NCBI RefSeq assembly: GCF_009914755.1
Contig: NC_060937.1
Strand: one strand, 5' to 3'
Source of the DNA: the human T2T-CHM13v2.0 reference genome, Homo sapiens
DNA: 64,000 nt
Part shown: piece after piece, positions 57,198-64,000 of the stretch
How the letters are laid out: the number at the start of each line of letters is the position of its first letter
Position numbering within the stretch: position 1 is the stretch's first letter
Position numbers and translations under genes: made by a program
The notes under the pieces: generated by a model
What the model saw: only the letters and a program-made list of their open reading frames with translations
Databases searched by the model: none
Told to the model about the DNA's origin: nothing

Positions 57198-57519
57198 GGC
57201 TGGGCAGGGGGGCTCACGCCTGTAATCCCAGCACTTTGGGAGGCTGAGGCGGGCCAATCACGAGGTCAGGAGTTTGAGACCAGCCTGACCAACATGGTGA
57301 AACCCTGTCTCTACTAAAAATACAAAAATTAGCTGGGCATGGTGGTGTGCACCTGTAATCCCAGCTACTCAGGAGGCTGAGGCAGGAGAATCCCTTGAAC
57401 CCGGGAGACAGGTTCTGGCTCTCTCCTGCTAGGACTGCTGCAGTGAGCAGAGATTGCACCACTGCACTACAGCCTAGGCGACAGAGTGAGATTCCGTCTC
57501 AAAAAAAAGAAAAGAAAAA
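57198..57519 (+). mobile_element. AluS (Sg-like) carrying a ~24-bp foreign insert
   Basis: TSD aagaaatt(g/t)cgtgaat at 57181-57196 and 57520-57535. Non-Alu sequence at 57413-57436. Confidence 0.93.
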
Positions 57520-58068
57520 AAGAAATTTCGTGAATACAGCAAAGAAACAACAGCAAAAGACACAAAAGAGTAGTTAAAGACATGGATTACTGAATGAAAA
57601 GACCGCCAATGTCTGTCATTTCTAAAGGAATCACAAAGAGGCTAATGAGTGAATTGGGAAGAGGAAATACAAAGTGAGGACAATGTTTCAGATCTGACAA
57701 AAATAATCAGATTCAGAAAACAAATTACTGCAAGCAGGATGATTGAAACAAGTCTTCATGCAGAGATAGCCTAGAGAAACACACTACATAAAAAAGACAA
57801 AAAATAGATCTTAAGGTAAGCCAGAAAAGAAAAAAAGATGGTAACTTGAAAAAAGAACAGATCTCTCTACAGTAATGATAAAAATCAGAGAAAATGAAAC
57901 TATAAATTGGAATTATACCCATCATACTATTTATTAGTTATTTTCTAATTTACCTAACCCATCAATATTATATTGATCTTTAATAAGGTATTTTTAAAAT
58001 ATTTAATGACATTGCACACCATTATTACATTATTTAAGTCCCATGTTTTCCCTGTGCTTCTGCAATAA

Positions 58069-58428
<360 letters not shown>

Positions 58429-59063
58429 CTAACAGTGACCACATATATCCATGACACACTAGGGCGCAGCACCAAACCACAGTACAAAAGCTGAGACAGA
58501 ATGGGTATCTTCTTTCTTTAAGAAAAAATAAAATGGAAAGTTTAATGAAATGCAATGGAATTTAGCACCATGATGATTCTATAGTTACTATGTTTATGAC
58601 AATAAACCTAAAGGACTAAGACGTTCTCACGTATCTTCTAAATATTAAAAGGCATTTGAAAACAATTTAATTATAATATTTAGTGCTTTAAAATATTTAA
58701 ATGTTTTATCTAGAAATGTTGTCATATAAAATATTTGACTCACAGCATCCTATTTATTCCCTTACCAAGGCTGACAAAAGAGTGGAAAAAGAAAAAGAAA
58801 AAAAAATGAGAGAGAATATAAGAGACATCAATTTGACTGTATTTTTCCAAGCTGGCTCTACGCTTCAGGATAATTTGCTGTAATTATTTTTCTATTCTCA
58901 TGAACCATACTAGTGTTACAACTACATATAGTCAAGTTCATTTAAATTACTTGGTTAGGAAAATTTTTGTTCCATTACTTATTTTTCCACTTGGTAAAAT
59001 CGTTTTTGAAACATGCTCAAAATTTCTCCCTACACGTTTTCATTTATACCTTTTACTGTGCAA

Positions 59064-59097
59064 ACACACACACACACACACACACACACGTGTGTGT
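59064..59097. repeat. (CA)13 microsatellite ending in an inverted (GT)4
   Basis: acacacacgtgtgtgt read directly from the sequence. Confidence 0.9.
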
Positions 59098-61151
59098 CTT
59101 CAAAGATGATGAGAAAGTACTCTGCTCTGTGGATAGATCTTTTAAGACTTGTATTTTGTTTAGGGTGGCTCAACAGACTTGAACACGTCCCACTCTGCCT
59201 TTGACAACAAAATGGCACACTAATTAGAAATACAGAATAAAAAAGACATTCACTCTATATATTGCTCTTTTCTATTGAAACAAGCAAGATGTGCTTTTGC
59301 CAGCACACTCTTCAATGTGGCATTTGGATGGTTAAGTAATCAGTGATCTTTGCTTTGTGTTTTTTGACAGCAAAGCATTATATGGAGAGATATACTAAGT
59401 TCTAATTCCTTACCCTTTTTCCAAGTTTTATAACTAAATAACCTTTTTAAATAAAATATTGCAACAGTCCTGCATTTGAGGATGAAAGTGCTGTTTTCTA
59501 AAAGGTCAATTCAATCTGGGAAATGTTTTCAGTTTAGACAATACATTATAAACTGTAGAAACCCATGGCAATTTTCAGCACCACTAACAACGTGAAGTAA
59601 ATTTCAGTCACTCACAGTAAGATGGCAATGTGGTGACATTTGAAGCCTGGACGTGAGCTCTTACATTCATTGTAGGTGACTGCTGTGCAGCAGGGGCCTG
59701 TTTCCAACTGCCAGATGAATTTCAGATACAAATGAAAAAGATGATCAGAACGCTTTACAAAATGAGTGAGACCCCATCATCTGAGCGACAATATTCTTCT
59801 TTTATGGCAGGCAAGGATTAAAATACATCAGATTAATAAATCCCTAGGAAACCAATAATCTCACATTTGCTGAACAATTGTATCTTCTAGTAGTTATTAT
59901 CTTTGAATTACAGTGAGCCACTATCTTTGTTTCATTTTCCAGATATATGTCCTTGTCCATCAAAAACTATGGCAGTTGCACTACACAGTCAAGCAATAAA
60001 TTTATAAAACGTCTCTCTGAAGTGTATGCTTGTTTCATAATCCTGATTCCATATCTTTATTTACTTCAAAATATATGGTACTGTCAGCATGAGGGTCAGA
60101 AGATTACGGTACGTTCTTTGTTTCTTTGCTAGTGTTTTTATTTAACTTGAAAAATAAACTGCAGCACCAAGGGAGTGATGAAATAAAAGATATATGGAGT
60201 CACAATGGCATAAAAATGGTAAACACGCAACTACAGCTATACCATAAGAAAGACTGTCATATCAAATCATAAAAAAAAGTTTACTTCAGTGACTCACATA
60301 GGTAACTCACATACCATCTTTATTAAAACTTCTAAAAAATACAAAAAAAGTGTAAGAGTTTTAAAGCGAACAGAGAAATCTCTGAAATTTTTATGCTATC
60401 CTCTGACTTTGACCTTAAGACACTGTTTACTGTGAGTGTGATTCTCTGTTGTTGTTAGTAATGGACTCATTAAGCATTTTTAATCTACTTGTGCTGAAAA
60501 ACAGTAAACCTCATAGAAGAGCATATCCTGTAGAAGGCTGAAATTTACCTGTAAAAGCTATAAATACATAACCTGACTGTTTTAAATTTAAGAGAAACAT
60601 CTCATGAAAACCAACAAAAAGAATATACAAGTCGGCATCAGAAATACTTTCTTACTTTAGAATGCTCTGACTTGGAACTACTTACAGTTTTAGAGTTCAA
60701 AATATCCTTTAGTTTAATTGAATTTACTAAGATAGCAGTAATTTAAAAAAATTCCTCTCTATATAAACATGAATTAAATATTGAAATTATTTTATATTAC
60801 ATCATTAATTAAATATGTTGAAATTCTTTTAATTACATGTTAAATTTCAAAAGATTATGGAAAATCAACTCTCTATTTCTATGATTAATTTTTATGATTA
60901 GGTCCTGTAAAAAGTTTTGGGAAGCATTGGGAGAGAATTGGGGGTATTTGGTATTGTTTGTTATTTGATTTTTAAAATATTTCTGTCATTATTCACATTT
61001 TACAAATGTAGAATTATAGCTTCTGATATTTCGTTACGGGTATAAATCACTATAATAGTTTTGCCAATCTTTTACTGACCTCTACACTTTTTAAAAGATA
61101 GCTTTAAAGATTTACCAACGATTTCCGTAACAACAATAAATAAATATACTA

Positions 61152-61420
61152 GGCCCAGTACGGTGGCTCAAGCCTGTAATCCCAGCACTTTGGAAAGCCA
61201 AGGCAGGCGGATTGCTTGAATCTATGAGTTTGAGAATAAAAATACAAAAATGTTAGCCAGGTATTGTGGTGCATGCTTGTAGTCCCACCTCCTTAGGAGG
61301 CTGAAGTGGGAGGATAACCTGAGTCTGGAAAGTTGAAGTTGTGGTGAGATGTGATCGTGCCACTGAACTCCAGCCTGGATGAGGAGAGTGAGACCATGTC
61401 TCAAAAGAAAGAAAAAAAAA
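61152..61420 (+). mobile_element. AluJ with a deletion in the left monomer
   Basis: ggattgcttga; gtgatcgtgccactg. The sequence jumps from gtttgaga directly to the A-rich linker. TSD-like aataaatata on both sides. Confidence 0.88.
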
Positions 61421-61829
61421 GAATAAATATAGTTATATGTTCCTTTGCTAATTTAATCAACATTTCCCTAAGACCCAGGAGACTTATTCAATTTCTTGGA
61501 GCCTGGTTCACAACCTTATTATCTGGTTACACAATTTATATTGTGTTTCACATCTTTGGGAATGCTATGTTGTTCATTCAATACATCTAGAGTTGAGGAC
61601 AATTTTCATTCACAAGCAGAGTACAAATATGAAATGCCTTGAGGCTTTTTGTTCTTCATGCTTAGAACTAAGTAAAATGTTCATAGTCTCATAGGACTTT
61701 CAGGTCAAAGCTTCACTGATAATATTTTCTGAGCAAAATTAAATAGGTTTAGGGGCAGCTATCAGCTATCACTGCTCCTAATTAATTACTATCTCTTGCT
61801 CCATTTTTATTAACCAGTTATATTGTTCT

Positions 61830-62287
61830 TCTTAGGTCTACCATTTTAACACTTCCAGTTGGACAACTAGGCATTTGAGACTTAATATGCATAAAAAAGT
61901 AATAACTTATTTCCCCTCTACCACTTCCCATCTTCTATCCCCTGTGACCTTTGAATATTTCAGTAAGTGGCATCAGCATTTTCTCATCAGACCATCTTTT
62001 ATTCTGCTCTTCCCCTCCTACTACATATCCAATGCATCATGCTGTCCTATAAAATTTACTTCCAAAATATACCTTGAATTTTATTCTTATCACTGCCTGA
62101 CTCAAAACATCACTGTCTCTCTTCTGAATTTCTACCATAGTCGGTTATCTGCTTTCCCTCAGTCCATTCTTGTCCCCAGCTATTCCATCTGCCATTTCTA
62201 AACATTAAATCCTGTCATATCACTACACGGTTAAAAACTATTCAGCAGATCCTCCTTATATTAAAAACAAAACCCAAAGCTTTCCTG

Positions 62288-62290
<3 letters not shown>
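61830..62290 (+). mobile_element. L2 remnant
   Basis: cacttccagttggac...aggcatttgagacttaatatg...ttccaaaatatacc...tcagtccattct...tgtcatatcact...aaaacccaaa. Confidence 0.65.

Positions 62291-62293
<3 letters not shown>

Positions 62294-62332
<39 letters not shown>
62294..62332. repeat. Perfect (TA)~19 microsatellite
   Basis: Read directly from the sequence. Confidence 0.95.
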
Positions 62333-62337
<5 letters not shown>

Positions 62338-64000
62338 TATATAATATGTATAATTATATTTTTCTTTGGAAGTATTTTTTCAGTAGCAGTATTCTCATTT
62401 TTAAAATTTGAGTGGGTTTGAAATATATAATTGTTTATATAACACTTTTAGGAGTCTACAGTTTATTATGCTATTGACAATATCAGTTATTTAAATATAT
62501 ATATTGCTACTGAAGGAAGTATTTCCAAAGTAAAAATATAATTATTATATAAAAAAAATTAGATAAAATGTGTTGATGACTTTGTGCCTAAAATCCTTTG
62601 GCCTTTCTAATATTATTATAAAACTTCCTTTTTAAATATCACTCTTTTACTCATGCAGTCTGTCTACATGAAATTGTCATGTGAATCTAAAGCTAATCAT
62701 ATTCTGAGGCCTTTATATGACATGTAATATGTGAAAATACTTAATATTTATAACACTATAATGTGTACTCTATGTTTATTGCATGTAAGTGATGTGTCTA
62801 TCATGTTGATCATTACTATGTAGGTAAATAATATGTATAAAAGCTTACTACATAGAGTAACTAAATGGAAAACATTTTTAAATCTCTACAGTGAAATAAA
62901 GCAAGTATTTTAACTTTTAACAAAAGGATACTTTAAATTCCCAAGTGTTATCTAGAGTGAGCCTAAAGCATTTTCAGTAGATAACATGTTGAAGAAAATT
63001 TTGTATTCTATGCAAGTGCTTGTTGGTCTTTGTTCATCTAAGAGGAGGTAACGTATATTAGTGGTCGTTATCAAGTTATCGCCATCAACTAAACAATTAA
63101 ATTCAATAGTATTTTTGTTGTTAAAGATAAATTTCAGCTATACAGCATGTTATTATTTAATAGCCATACAAGAAATAGTAATCATAAGCAATATTGTTTT
63201 TCATTTTATCTATATTGTTTTTCCTAACCAACAAAATGTAAACTTTTCCTATAAAGTCATATACAAAATGGAAAAGTTCTTAAATTGTTCAAACTTTGAT
63301 ATGCACTCTGATGTTGGAATGTGAGGCGATGGTGGGCTAGTAGACACAACTCTAACACTCACATAGGCCTTAACCATTCATATTCATCAATATACTAAAT
63401 CTTGCCATCTGTCTGTTTTCTTCAGAAGCAAAATTCTCAGGGCAGAGGTGTGCCAAGACTTAATTTAGGTGCATGCTGGGAGATCATTTGATGCCATTTA
63501 CCTTCTTTTGATGTAGTGTCAGAAAGGTGGGGATTGAGGGGCAGAACGGATGGAAAGCTAATTCCTCCACACTCCCCTCTGAAAAAATTTGTTCTGTTTG
63601 GCATCCCTAAAATTTTTCTCAAATTGTTGTTCCCATGAAGTTAACATCTGCTTTAACATCTCTGGCTTTTGTTCTTATTCAAAATTCAGTTTTATTTTTC
63701 AACTTTTTACAATATATACGTATTTCAAATTCCTACATTTACCTCAAAATATATTAAGTAATATTGATAAGAATTCCTTCCACATCACCTTCCTTTCTAT
63801 GTTGATTTAGTTCCAGAAGTGCTAGAACTAGTGCAGTTACTACAGGTAAACAATGATGATAGTTACTTGTAGTATGCACAGTAGACATAATTGCTGCCCC
63901 CACAAACTAACTATTTTAGCTATCGGTATTTAGCATAGTTTATTCCCCTGAGGAAACACTGTACCACATTTCCAGAGGGTACCTTGGGACAATCTCAGAG

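Overview
This is AT-rich, repeat-dense primate DNA with no supportable protein-coding gene, tRNA, rRNA or CRISPR array. It is almost certainly human, because it carries an AluYa5 with all five diagnostic positions. Most longer ORFs in the track are decayed L1 ORF2 fragments or chance frames in LTR12, Alu and MaLR repeats, and none of the short ORFs resembles a protein I recognise. Main structures: (1) three independent solo ERV9 LTRs (LTR12 family), all on the minus strand, with very different CCAAT enhancer arrays; (2) a ~13.5-kb nest at ~33.1-46.6 kb, in which a near full-length L1MA2/3 holds a THE1 remnant, an L1PA7 with three internal deletions and an LTR12C; (3) an L1PA8 3' end joined to an inverted piece of L1 5'UTR; (4) eight Alus, one young and one with a 24-bp insert apparently copied from 1.6 kb upstream; (5) a MADE1 hairpin, a Tigger3a, MaLR/ERV1 LTRs and old MIR/L2/L1M debris. 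I found no evidence of a new biological system. The notable items are repair and retrotransposition scars and candidate LTR promoters. Subfamily names come from recalled consensus sequences, not a search, and edges of old repeats are approximate.
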